Shown piece after piece: positions 15,213-24,852 of a stretch of 64,000 nt of DNA. Both the position numbers and the translations under genes were made by a program. The stretch is from Pyrinomonadaceae bacterium. GTDB lineage: Bacteria > Acidobacteriota > Blastocatellia > Pyrinomonadales > Pyrinomonadaceae. The DNA is taken from positions 3,257 to 67,256 of the forward strand of contig JBPCPU010000079.1 in assembly GCA_050998795.1 (NCBI GenBank). Reading direction: 5' to 3'. Numbering within the stretch: the first letter of the stretch is position 1; every line of letters begins with the position of its first letter. The notes under the pieces were generated by a model. That model was given only the letters and a program-made list of their open reading frames with translations, searched no databases and was not told the DNA's origin.

Positions 15213-17438
15213 ATGAAAATTTGTTCCGTTTGTCAGCGTTGTTACGAAGATACGACAGTCGTCTGCACACAGGAAAACCATGATTCTCCGGTTGCAGCGC
15301 GTTCGGGTTCTTGTGAAATTGCCAATTACCGTTTAGATCGTTTGCTAGGGCGCGATGTAACCGGCGAAACATATCTGGCGACGCAGCTTGATTCAGACGA
15401 ACCTTTTACCGTTAGATTTATCGCTGCCGATTTGGTTGGCGAGTCGCAGTCGGCGCGTGAAAGCCTTTTGGACGAAATGAGAGCCGCCGCGCGTATCAAC
15501 CATCCGAATATAGAGCGGATTATTGAATCGGGCGTGTTGGAGAACGGCGAATTTTATTTGGTGACGGAATCAAACGACGGACAAACCTTGCGCGAGTATC
15601 TGAGAAACGTCGGTTCGCTCCCCGAATCAATTGCCGTCAACATCGCGCAGCAAGCGGCGGAAGGACTTGAGGCGGCGCATCAGGTCGGCATTGTCCATCG
15701 CGGTATCAGTCCGGCAAACATAATTCTCATTGATGACGGGCAAAATCCTCCGTCGGTTAAATTACAAAACTTTGATTTCGGCGGTGTCAAACAGCAAATC
15801 GTTACCTCAAATTTAAATGATAGCGAACCGTCTATTGATATATTAAGGTATTTGTCGCCGGAACAGTGTGCCGGTCAAACGACGGATGCGCGCACGGATA
15901 TTTACAGTATCGGCGTAGTGCTTTACGAAATGCTTATCGGTCGGTCGCCGTTTGACAAACCGACTTTCGAGGCAATCATTCATAAACGAATTAACGAGCA
16001 ACCGCTCGAACGATTGCCGTTTGACACCAGAGCGTTGATAAAACACGCTTTGCAGAGAGCGCTGCAAAAAAAACCGTCCGCGCGAACGCCGACGGCACTA
16101 AATTTTGCGCGACATCTGCGTCATATCGCACAAATTGCGACGCATTCCTCGGTCAGTAGAGCTATGACCGCTGCGGCGATTGATTCCAACGACGCGCCTG
16201 CGCCGGTACTTGATGATTCATTCATCGAAAAACCTCGACCGCAAATTCCTGTTTTGGCGGGCGAAGAAGTAACGACGGGAACGGGAACAAATTCGTTTGT
16301 TCCGCTATCGGTTGAAAATAATGTTGAAGAAGATGCGGAGATTGAAACCACTCCGATTTTTCAGACGGAACAGATTTTAGTCAAAAAGAAGCAAGTTGAT
16401 GAAACTCAGTTTGATTCAGAGCCAATTTTGGTTAAAAGAAGGGATACTGAAACAAACTCATTCGCATCAGAACCGATACGTATTAAAAAAATTAAAAAAA
16501 GAGCAGCGGTTGCTGCCCAGTCCGCTTCAGAGCCGATTTTTTCGCCTGCCCAAAGCGTTCCAAAAACGCCAATGCAAACGGCAATTCCAAATTCGATAAA
16601 CTCTTTCGACGCCAGCCACGCTTCACGGCGAATTGCACCGACGCGACAATTTCTATTTGTCGGCATCGGTCTTGCCGTTTTACTGGCTTTTGCAGCATTG
16701 GGCGCATTAGTTTATAATCGGCAGTTTCCGCAATCTGCCGCGTCGCAACCGATTACCGCTGCGCCTTCTTCGACATCACAACCCGAAAATGCAGTTGCCG
16801 ACACAAGGGAAACAGCGGCGATAACTGATTCCGATGTGTCGGAAAGCGATGAATCCGCGCTCGTTACAACCGAAGACTCCGGTTTGCCGGTATCAAAACG
16901 TAACGACAAAATCCAACCGCGCGAAGAATTACCGGCAAGAGAAATGTCGGCGAAGCAAAATGCGCCGCTGGAAAAAATACCTGCGCCTGAAAAGCCAGTG
17001 CCGTTGATTGCCGAACTTGATAATCAAAACCAGGCGGGCGAAGTAACGCCGGAAGGTAGTCCGCAGGCGGAATTAAACACAACACTCGACAAATGGATTA
17101 CTGCCACCAATGCCCGCGATGTTGACGGACAAATGAGTTACTACGCGCCGAGAGTTGATGCTTATTACCGAACGCGAAATACTTCGCAAAATGCAGTACG
17201 AACGGATAAGATACGTGCTTTTGAACGCGCGACCTCTGTTGACATAAAGACCGATAAGCCGGAAATTACCGTTAGTCCCAACGGTCGCAGTGCAAAGATG
17301 CGCTTCCGAAAAAAATACGTTATTAAAGAAGGACAAAGAAGTCGCAACGGTGAGGTAATTCAAGAATTACAATGGGTTAAATCCGATTCCGGTTGGAGAA
17401 TTGTCAGTGAGCGCGACATCAAAGTCGTCAATCGCTGA
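15213..17438 (+). CDS. Ser/Thr protein kinase with N-terminal Cys-rich motif, TM helix and C-terminal SnoaL/NTF2-like domain
   Basis: It begins MKICSVCQRCYEDTTVVCTQENH. Hanks kinase motifs are present (HRGISPANIIL, LQNFDFGG, YLSPEQ, DIYSIGVVLYEM), followed by a TM helix FLFVGIGLAVLLAFAALGALV. The track start (TTG 15162) was rejected in favour of ATG 15213. Confidence 0.85.
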   Translation: MKICSVCQRCYEDTTVVCTQENHDSPVAARSGSCEIANYRLDRLLGRDVTGETYLATQLDSDEPFTVRFIAADLVGESQSARESLLDEMRAAARINHPNIERIIESGVLENGEFYLVTESNDGQTLREYLRNVGSLPESIAVNIAQQAAEGLEAAHQVGIVHRGISPANIILIDDGQNPPSVKLQNFDFGGVKQQIVTSNLNDSEPSIDILRYLSPEQCAGQTTDARTDIYSIGVVLYEMLIGRSPFDKPTFEAIIHKRINEQPLERLPFDTRALIKHALQRALQKKPSARTPTALNFARHLRHIAQIATHSSVSRAMTAAAIDSNDAPAPVLDDSFIEKPRPQIPVLAGEEVTTGTGTNSFVPLSVENNVEEDAEIETTPIFQTEQILVKKKQVDETQFDSEPILVKRRDTETNSFASEPIRIKKIKKRAAVAAQSASEPIFSPAQSVPKTPMQTAIPNSINSFDASHASRRIAPTRQFLFVGIGLAVLLAFAALGALVYNRQFPQSAASQPITAAPSSTSQPENAVADTRETAAITDSDVSESDESALVTTEDSGLPVSKRNDKIQPREELPAREMSAKQNAPLEKIPAPEKPVPLIAELDNQNQAGEVTPEGSPQAELNTTLDKWITATNARDVDGQMSYYAPRVDAYYRTRNTSQNAVRTDKIRAFERATSVDIKTDKPEITVSPNGRSAKMRFRKKYVIKEGQRSRNGEVIQELQWVKSDSGWRIVSERDIKVVNR

Positions 17439-17602
17439 GAAGTTCTCCGCGAGGTTTCCAAGTCTTAATACGCAATAAATTGCACGGAGTTTAAGCGGAG
17501 AATTTAGATTCAAAACTCAAGGAAGCGGTAAAGTTTTAACAAATCTCACCACAAAGGCTATTTTGTTATTTCTAAGAAATGAATTGAAGTGTCTATAAGA
17601 AT

Positions 17603-17677
<75 letters not shown>

Positions 17678-17683
17678 TTTTTC

Positions 17684-17765
17684 AAAGGCGAAAGGATAAA
17701 GGCGAAAGGATAAATGAGAAAACGAATGACTTTCTCCTTCCTCCTTTCGCCTTTATCCTTTAAAA
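17684..17765. repeat. Heptamer-repeat hairpin (aaaggcg/aaaggat) filling the tRNA-Gly/tRNA-Cys spacer
   Basis: The left arm aaaggcgaaaggataaaggcgaaaggataaa pairs with the right arm ctccttcctcctttcgcctttatcctttaaaa. Confidence 0.85.
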
Positions 17766-17768
17766 ATT

Positions 17769-17843
17769 TGGAGCGGGAAACGAGACTTGAACTCGCGACT
17801 TCGACCTTGGCAAGGTCGCGCTCTACCACTGAGCTATTCCCGC
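17769..17843 (-). tRNA. tRNA-Gly (GCC), CCA encoded
   Basis: The reverse complement is GCGGGAATAGCTCAGTGGTAGAGCGCGACCTTGCCAAGGTCGAAGTCGCGAGTTCAAGTCTCGTTTCCCGCTCCA. The anticodon loop is TTGCCAA. Confidence 0.9.
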
Positions 17844-17902
17844 ACGTCCGTAAATGATAATTCTACAAACTGAGCAAATTTTGTCAAGTTCGATAAAAAT
17901 AA

Positions 17903-19456
17903 TTATCTAACTTCAACAGTAATATTTCTGATAAAACTCCAATCGCCGCTTGCGCCAACCTGGATATTTCCAATGCGTTTGTTGGCAATAACCATATTTG
18001 CCGGATACCAAAGCGGAAACAGCGGAACATCATTACTGACTATTTCCTGCGCTTTGAAATAAAGTTCTTTAGCTTTTTCGCGGTCGGTCGCATTGATGGC
18101 TGCTTCAATAATTTTGTCAAATTCGGGGTTGCTGTAACGGCTGCGGTTACAGCATTTTACTTTGTCGCCGGGAATTGAGCCGGTGGCAAATAAATCTTTC
18201 AGAAAAATCGGGTCTTGATTGCCTCCAATCCATCTTCCCGTATTCATTTGAAATTGTCCGAGAGCAAGCTGCTGTCGCAAAACATTGCTTTCTAATGTTT
18301 CAATTTCGACGTTTAATCCAATACCTTTGAGCGAATCCTGAATAACCAGAGAATATTGTTGAACGGCGGCAATTCCTGCTCCAAACTTAAATTTTATCGG
18401 TTCGTTTTTGTAACCTGCTTCCTGCAAAAGTTGTTTTGCTCGTTCCGGGTTAAAACTATATTTCGTTCCCGCATTGTATGCCCAGGATTCCTCCGGCAAA
18501 ATTGAATGCGCGATGACGGCTTGTCCGAAAAGCAGCTCCTTAATGATTTTTTCACGGTCAATGCCGTAAGCGATTGCCTGTCGAATTTTAACTTTATCAA
18601 CCGGCGATGATTGAGTATTTAATCCCAGATAATCAATGTTTGAGCCTTTAAATGGCTCGACTTTTAAGTTCGGATTTTGTCCTAAAGATTTTAATGTATC
18701 AGGCGATAAATTGGTTGGAAGCGGCGCAATATCAACGCCGCCGCTTTGCAGTTCGGCTTGCAGAGAGTTGGCGTCGGGAACGGTTTTGACACGAAGTTTG
18801 TTCACTTTCGGTGCGCCTTCCCAATAATCCGTATGTGCCGCAAGTTCCACGATATTCTGCGATTGATCGAAGCTGACAAACTTAAACGGACCTGAACCGA
18901 CCGGCGACGTGCTTTGCTGTGCCACTGTTCCTTCGGGAATTATCGGAATTGCGACAAAATTTGATAGAAGTTGGTTTTGTAGAGAAGCGCGGTTTAATGT
19001 TACGACAACAGTTTTTGGGTCAGGCGTTTCGAGCGATACGATATGCGGAACTTTTTGCCCGTCAACCGTGTCGGAAAACGCGCCCGATTTATAGCTGTTA
19101 CTTTTAAATAATTCGTCAAATGTGTATTTAATATCGGCAGAAGTAAAGTCTTTGCCGTTATGGAACTTCACGCCGTCGCGCAAAATAAATGTAATAATTT
19201 TGCCGTCTTCGGAAGGCTTTATTTCTTGTGCCAATTCTCCGACATATTCAAATTTCTCATTTTTTCTAACCAGAGAATTAAACATCAGCGAGCGAACCCG
19301 TTCCGCTGCCGCATCCGATGCCGTTGTTGTCAGCGTATCTAGGGTTGAAAATTTTTCGGAAAGTGCAACCGTGACAAATTCATTGTTTCGTGTCCGACAG
19401 GAAAATGAAAGAATAAGACCGATAGTTAAAAATAAACCTAAAAATAATTGACGCAA
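17903..19456 (-). CDS. ABC transporter substrate-binding protein, family 5 (peptide/nickel type)
   Basis: 517 aa with a signal peptide. Size and motifs (GVKFHNGKDFTSADIKYTF, GSGPFKFVSF, YWEGAPKVNKL) are typical of SBP_bac_5. Confidence 0.75.
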   Translation of the reverse strand: MRQLFLGLFLTIGLILSFSCRTRNNEFVTVALSEKFSTLDTLTTTASDAAAERVRSLMFNSLVRKNEKFEYVGELAQEIKPSEDGKIITFILRDGVKFHNGKDFTSADIKYTFDELFKSNSYKSGAFSDTVDGQKVPHIVSLETPDPKTVVVTLNRASLQNQLLSNFVAIPIIPEGTVAQQSTSPVGSGPFKFVSFDQSQNIVELAAHTDYWEGAPKVNKLRVKTVPDANSLQAELQSGGVDIAPLPTNLSPDTLKSLGQNPNLKVEPFKGSNIDYLGLNTQSSPVDKVKIRQAIAYGIDREKIIKELLFGQAVIAHSILPEESWAYNAGTKYSFNPERAKQLLQEAGYKNEPIKFKFGAGIAAVQQYSLVIQDSLKGIGLNVEIETLESNVLRQQLALGQFQMNTGRWIGGNQDPIFLKDLFATGSIPGDKVKCCNRSRYSNPEFDKIIEAAINATDREKAKELYFKAQEIVSNDVPLFPLWYPANMVIANKRIGNIQVGASGDWSFIRNITVEVR

Positions 19457-19461
19457 ACTTT

Positions 19462-20580
19462 TTATCCTCCGTAACTGTAATTTAATTGAGCATTCAATTC
19501 CGCAATTCTCCCGGAGAGAACTTGCAAACGCGCTGCTTCAAACGGCAAAGGCGGATGCATTAAATATTTTAGATGCGCGATTTTTACTAAAGATTGGTTG
19601 ATTCTTGTTTCCGTGATTTCTTCTTTTAAGACGGCATCCAAAACCGCGTGAAAACCTGTTCGAACCGATTCGGCATTGGCACAAATCGCCAACATATCTT
19701 CACCGGCATTGATCGCCATTTTACACGCTTCACCGATTCCGTAATTTTTTAAAATCGCGCCCATCTCCAAATCATCCGTAATAGCTAAACCTTTGAATCC
19801 TAAATCTTCGCGCAATAGTTTGGTAACGAAGTTGTAGCTCAATGAAGACGGTAGAAGTTTGCCATCTGAATCGGTTTCCTGCAAGTCAAACATCGGAAAA
19901 CCCGCGTGGGCAACCATCACGGCGTGAACTTGTCCGGTTTTGAATAGTTCTCGATAAGGCAATAAATCATTTTCAAATAAATCCTGGCGCGTTAAAAAAA
20001 CCTTCGGCAATTCTTCGTGTGAATCAACCTCACTCGCGCCAAGACCGGGAAAATGTTTGATGCAGCCGAGACATCCGTTTGTCTGCAAAGTGTTTAAATA
20101 TTCTCCGGCTAATCCGATAACGTCTTCTTTTGAATTTCCGAATGAACGCGAATAAAGACCGTTGGAAAATTTTTTGCGCGATTCATCGGCGACATCAACC
20201 ACAGGCGCGAAATTCATATTAAATCCCAAAATTTGCAAAATTTCTGCGGTTGCTTCAGCAAGAATTTTTGCCTGCCCGGTTGTTTTAATTGAACTTGCCG
20301 AAGGCAGCGGCGTAAAAATCCGGCGCAAACGGTCAACCACTCCGCCTTCTTCATCAAGACTTAAAATCGGTTCAATCGGTAAAACATTGCGGATGTCGGA
20401 AAGAAGTTGACGAACTTGAGCCGCAGCTTTAATGTTTCGTGCAAAAAGGCAAATTCCGCCCGGCGAAATTTCCCGTAAAAGTGCAAACGTATTTTCGTCA
20501 ATTTCCACACTCGAAATTCCGATAAAAAATAATTGTCCGATTTTTTGTTCTAAGGGAAGAGAAAGAATTTTTTCTAACAT
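19462..20580 (-). CDS. nagZ: Beta-N-acetylhexosaminidase (GH3, NagZ-like)
   Basis: 372 aa with KIGQLFFIG, SLDEEGGVVDRL, IKHFPGLGASEVDSHEELP and AITDDLEMGA. Confidence 0.8.
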   Translation of the reverse strand: MLEKILSLPLEQKIGQLFFIGISSVEIDENTFALLREISPGGICLFARNIKAAAQVRQLLSDIRNVLPIEPILSLDEEGGVVDRLRRIFTPLPSASSIKTTGQAKILAEATAEILQILGFNMNFAPVVDVADESRKKFSNGLYSRSFGNSKEDVIGLAGEYLNTLQTNGCLGCIKHFPGLGASEVDSHEELPKVFLTRQDLFENDLLPYRELFKTGQVHAVMVAHAGFPMFDLQETDSDGKLLPSSLSYNFVTKLLREDLGFKGLAITDDLEMGAILKNYGIGEACKMAINAGEDMLAICANAESVRTGFHAVLDAVLKEEITETRINQSLVKIAHLKYLMHPPLPFEAARLQVLSGRIAELNAQLNYSYGG

Positions 20581-20678
20581 AATGAACTTAAGCAGATTGT
20601 AATAATGTTAAAGTAATTTATAAAGCGTCAGTATGCCGACGGTTAATGTATAAGTTGAAAAAAATTATAATAAAATGT

Positions 20679-23369
20679 TCAAACCAGGCGTTTTTGAATG
20701 CTATGCAAGAATCTTTTTACTTCGTCGTCCGACATTTTATCAATGTTAATATCACGCAATTCGTCAATCACATCTTCGTTGGAAATAGCAAAAAGTGAAA
20801 ATTGTGAAGCCAGCATACTTTTTCCGGCACGACCGACAGCCGTTTCCAATGCTTCAGAGTTTGGCTTTGCGCCCGAAAAAACGGCTAATTCGTATTGTTC
20901 GAGTTTTTCCAAAACATCCTGCGCCCGCAAAATTGTTTTTTGCGGCAATCCGGCGAGTTTTGCAACCGCAATGCCGTAGGATTTTGAAGCCTTGCCTTTT
21001 TCAAGTTTGTGCAAAAATACGATTTCGCCATCTTTTTCGGTTGCCGTAACCCGATAATTTTTCGCGCCCGGAAGTTTTTCGGCAAGTTCGGTCAATTCGT
21101 GATAATGCGTGGCAAACAAAGTTTTAGCAGAATGTTCCGGCGAATTGTGAAGATATTCGGCAACCGCCCAGGCTATCGAAAGACCGTCAAAAGTGGAAGT
21201 TCCGCGCCCGATTTCATCAAGTAGAATCAAAGAGCGCGGTGTCGCATTATGCAAAATCGTCGCGGTTTCGGTCATTTCAACCATAAACGTCGAACGTCCG
21301 CTTGCCAAATCGTCCGACGCGCCGACGCGAGTCCAAATTCTATCTAAAATCGGGAGCTTGGCGGAAGTTGCGGGAACGAAAGAACCGATTTGAGCGAGAA
21401 CTTGAATCAGCGCGATTTGTCTTAAGATGGTACTTTTCCCGCCCATATTCGCGCCCGTTACAATCAACAATCGGTCAGTCGAATTGTTCATCTTTAAATC
21501 GTTTGGAATAAAAGTTTCCACGCTGAAGGCTTCGACGATGGCGTGTCTGCCGGCTTTGATTTCGATTTCGTCGCCGTCGTGCAGAACGGGCGCAACGTAA
21601 TTTCGGCGCGTGGCGGTTTCCGCTAAACTTTCCAGTGCATCCAACGTCGCCAGAGCGCGGGCGGTTGATTGCAAACTTTGTGTTTCGCGGGTAACTTCGG
21701 CGCGAATCTTTTGGAAAAGTTCGGCTTCGAGTTCCTTTATTTGGTCTTCCGCGCCCAAAACTTTTTGTTCCCATTCTTTGAGTTGCGGCGTGGTGTATCT
21801 TTCGGCGTTCGTCAAAGTCTGGCGGCGTTCATAATCATCGGGAACACGCGAAACATTGCCTTTGGAAACTTCAATAAAATAGCCAAAAATGTTATTGAAT
21901 TTAACTTTTAAGTTTGAGATTCCGGTACGTTTTTTTTCCTGCGTTTCAAAAATTGCAATTGTTTGTTTGGCGGAACTCGAAATGCTCCGAAGTTCGTCGA
22001 GTTCGGCATTAAAACCTTGACGAATTACGCCGCCATCGGTGATGTTTAGCGGCGGTTCAGGAGATATTGATTTTTCAATTAAGTTTCGGATGTCGGGAAG
22101 TTCAAAGATATTTTCGCTCAAAACTTGAAGCAAAAGACTGTTTACATCCGATAACGCCAGATTTAGGTTTGGAGTTTGTGAAAGAGAACGATTGAGTGCG
22201 ATTAAATCCCGCGGCGACGCCGTTCCGAGATTTAAACGTCCGACCAATCTTTCCAAATCGGCAACTTCCTTTAACAGGAAACGAATTTTATCGCGCAAAA
22301 TCGAATCGGTTAATTCGGCAACGGCGGAAAGCCGCGTTTGTATTTCACTGCGTTTGACTGAAGGGCGAAGAAGCCACGAGCGTAAAAGTCTGGCGCCCAT
22401 TCCGGTTACTGTTTCGTCAATCACGCTTAAAAGTGTTCGCTTTCCGGTTTCACCGCGCGATTCGACGATTTCGAGATTTTTGAGCGTTACCGCGTCCAAA
22501 ATCATAAAATCGGCGGCTTCAAAATAGCTGACGTCGGAAATATGCTCGGCGGAAGCGCGTTGCGTTTCCTGTGCATAACGCAAACACGCTCCGGCGGCGC
22601 GAATCGCTTCCGCTTTTCCATCAAATCCAAAACCGGACATTCCTTTGACATTTAATTGATTTTTAAGAAGAGTTTCGCAATCTTCGTAATGAAACAACCA
22701 ATCGTCAAGTGAAGTCAATGTTGCCGAAAATTTATTTGAATGAGGCGGAGAAATAGAAATAATATTTTGCTTATTTTCAGTGTTTCTACTTAAAGTATTT
22801 CCAAAAGTATTTTCTACTAATTTTTGCAATGATTCAGGAAAGAGAATCTCACGCGGAGCAAAACTTTCGATGTCGGTGCAGATATTCGTCCAGGCGTTTG
22901 CGCCGGAAATTTGGGTGGCAAAAAATTCGCCGGTGGAAAGTTCGAGAAAAGCCGTGGCAAAAGTTTCGCCCGCGCCGCACACCGCAGCCAGATAAACGGT
23001 TTCCTTTGATTCGAGAAGCTGCGGGTCAATCGCCGTTCCGGGCGTGATGACGCGGACAACTTCGCGCCTTACGAGTTTGTTTCCTTGCCCGGTTTCTTCG
23101 GTTTGTTCGCAAATCGCCACGCGATAACCCTTTTTGACCAGCCGCGAAATATAACCGGCGGCGGCGTGATGCGGAACGCCGCACATCGGAATCGGATTTT
23201 TCGAGTCTTTATGTCGGGCTGTTAAAGTAATTTCCAGTTCGCGCGAGCCGGTAACCGCGTCTTCATTGAACAATTCGTAGAAATCTCCTAAACGGAAAAA
23301 CAGCAGAGTTCCGGGATATTGTTTTTTTATTTCGAGATATTGCCGAAGCATCGGCGTAGCATTTTGCAT
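20679..23369 (-). CDS. mutS: DNA mismatch repair protein MutS
   Basis: 896 aa. TPMLRQYLEIKKQYPGTLLFFRLGDFYELF is at the N-terminus. The Walker A motif is TGANMGGKSTILRQ, followed by STFMVEMTETA and LLDEIGRGTSTFDG. Confidence 0.95.
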   Translation of the reverse strand: MQNATPMLRQYLEIKKQYPGTLLFFRLGDFYELFNEDAVTGSRELEITLTARHKDSKNPIPMCGVPHHAAAGYISRLVKKGYRVAICEQTEETGQGNKLVRREVVRVITPGTAIDPQLLESKETVYLAAVCGAGETFATAFLELSTGEFFATQISGANAWTNICTDIESFAPREILFPESLQKLVENTFGNTLSRNTENKQNIISISPPHSNKFSATLTSLDDWLFHYEDCETLLKNQLNVKGMSGFGFDGKAEAIRAAGACLRYAQETQRASAEHISDVSYFEAADFMILDAVTLKNLEIVESRGETGKRTLLSVIDETVTGMGARLLRSWLLRPSVKRSEIQTRLSAVAELTDSILRDKIRFLLKEVADLERLVGRLNLGTASPRDLIALNRSLSQTPNLNLALSDVNSLLLQVLSENIFELPDIRNLIEKSISPEPPLNITDGGVIRQGFNAELDELRSISSSAKQTIAIFETQEKKRTGISNLKVKFNNIFGYFIEVSKGNVSRVPDDYERRQTLTNAERYTTPQLKEWEQKVLGAEDQIKELEAELFQKIRAEVTRETQSLQSTARALATLDALESLAETATRRNYVAPVLHDGDEIEIKAGRHAIVEAFSVETFIPNDLKMNNSTDRLLIVTGANMGGKSTILRQIALIQVLAQIGSFVPATSAKLPILDRIWTRVGASDDLASGRSTFMVEMTETATILHNATPRSLILLDEIGRGTSTFDGLSIAWAVAEYLHNSPEHSAKTLFATHYHELTELAEKLPGAKNYRVTATEKDGEIVFLHKLEKGKASKSYGIAVAKLAGLPQKTILRAQDVLEKLEQYELAVFSGAKPNSEALETAVGRAGKSMLASQFSLFAISNEDVIDELRDINIDKMSDDEVKRFLHSIQKRLV

Positions 23370-23430
23370 AACTTCCTGATATGAAAAACTCGGGTAACAA
23401 AGTTTATCCTAAAACGGCAAAATAAATAAA

Positions 23431-23594
23431 TGAAGCCTGTGCAAATTAGAAAATCACTTCGGAATAGATGATAACTGATAGATAATAGCTGATAGATGAG
23501 GAGTCAAAAATCTCTCAGCTCTCATCTATTATCTATCAGCTATTCCGAAGGTTAAATGTTGAAAATCAAATAACTTTAATTTGCACAGGCTTCA
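23431..23594. mobile_element. MITE-like nested palindromic element with 18-bp perfect terminal inverted repeats
   Basis: The TIRs are tgaagcctgtgcaaatta (23431-23448) and taatttgcacaggcttca (23577-23594). The inner hairpin arms are made of heptamers (ctgatag family). aataaa is present on both outer flanks and is a possible target-site duplication. Confidence 0.6.
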
Positions 23595-23780
23595 AATAAA
23601 TTGATAAATTTGAAATTTTTCAACTATAACTTATTATATCTATTTGTTAATATGTTTCTTTTCAAATTATTTTGTTACAATACAGTTTGCAAAATTAGCA
23701 ACAAACTTTTCCGAATGAAAACGAATCAATTGATTATAAATCCTTCCTACGTATAGAAAAGCAATTTTGGAGATTGAATT

Positions 23781-24842
23781 ATGAAAGCAGTAAAAATCGT
23801 ATCCGCATTGTGTTTTGTCATTTTTTTGAATGGTTTTTTGAATTATGAAGTTTCTGGTCAAGACAAAGAAATTCCAAACCAGACGCAAAAGTCCGTCAAC
23901 CGGGAACAAACAAATCAAAACGATAAATCTGATAAAGATAATGGCTCAAATAACACGACTTCTAACAAAAACCAATTAAACGAACGATACCGCATCGGTT
24001 TTCAAGACACGGTGGAAATCACAGTCTTTCGTCATCCCGAACTTTCTCAGGTAGTCAACATCAGTCCCGACGGCACAATTGTCATGCCGCGCATTGACCA
24101 ACCGATTGTCGCCGTCTGTAAAACTGAAAGAGAATTGAAACAGACAATCGAAAATCTTTATAAAACTTATTTGCGAACCCCTTTTGTCAATGTGCGGGCA
24201 GTTGACCAAAAGTCACAGTCTTTTGCCGTTATCGGCGCGGTTGAAAAACCGGGCAGCTTTTTCTTAAATCGAAGAGTTCAGCTTTTAGAACTGCTTGCTT
24301 TTGCCGGTGGACCAAAGGTTGAAAAAGCCGGTTCCAAAATCCAAATTGCCAGAGTCGGAAATTTGTCGGCTTGTGAAGAAAATGTTGATTCCAGAGATGA
24401 AGAAGGTAAGGTTCAGTTTCTCAGTTACAAATTAAACGATGTGATAGACGGAAAACAAAACCCGTGGATGCAGCCGGGCGATATTGTTTCGGTTCTGGAG
24501 GCGGAGGAAGCCTACGTCGTCGGCAATGTTTTTAAGCCTACCAAAGTTTCTTTGAAAGAATCCGTAACTTTGACGCAGGCGATTGCCATCGCCGGCGGAC
24601 TTGACGCAACTGCTAAAACCAATAAAATCTTCATTCAAAGACAAGAATCGGGAAATCCGGTTAAAACGGAATTGGTATTTGATTTAAAAGACATTCGTGC
24701 TAAAAAAATTCCCGACCCGCAATTGCAGGCAAATGATATTGTCGAGGTGACGAATGACAACATTAAATCAATCCGTAACGGTTTGATAAAAGTCATTACC
24801 GGAGGCTTACCCAATGTCTTTTTAAGAGTTCCTACCCCGTAA
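23781..24842 (+). CDS. Polysaccharide export protein (Wza-like), first gene of the EPS locus
   Basis: 353 aa with a signal peptide. YRIGFQDTVEITVFRHPELSQVVNISPDGTIVMPRI is the Poly_export motif, followed by SLBB-like repeats (GDIVSV, NDIVEV). Confidence 0.8.
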   Translation: MKAVKIVSALCFVIFLNGFLNYEVSGQDKEIPNQTQKSVNREQTNQNDKSDKDNGSNNTTSNKNQLNERYRIGFQDTVEITVFRHPELSQVVNISPDGTIVMPRIDQPIVAVCKTERELKQTIENLYKTYLRTPFVNVRAVDQKSQSFAVIGAVEKPGSFFLNRRVQLLELLAFAGGPKVEKAGSKIQIARVGNLSACEENVDSRDEEGKVQFLSYKLNDVIDGKQNPWMQPGDIVSVLEAEEAYVVGNVFKPTKVSLKESVTLTQAIAIAGGLDATAKTNKIFIQRQESGNPVKTELVFDLKDIRAKKIPDPQLQANDIVEVTNDNIKSIRNGLIKVITGGLPNVFLRVPTP

Positions 24843-24852
24843 ATAATTAAGT

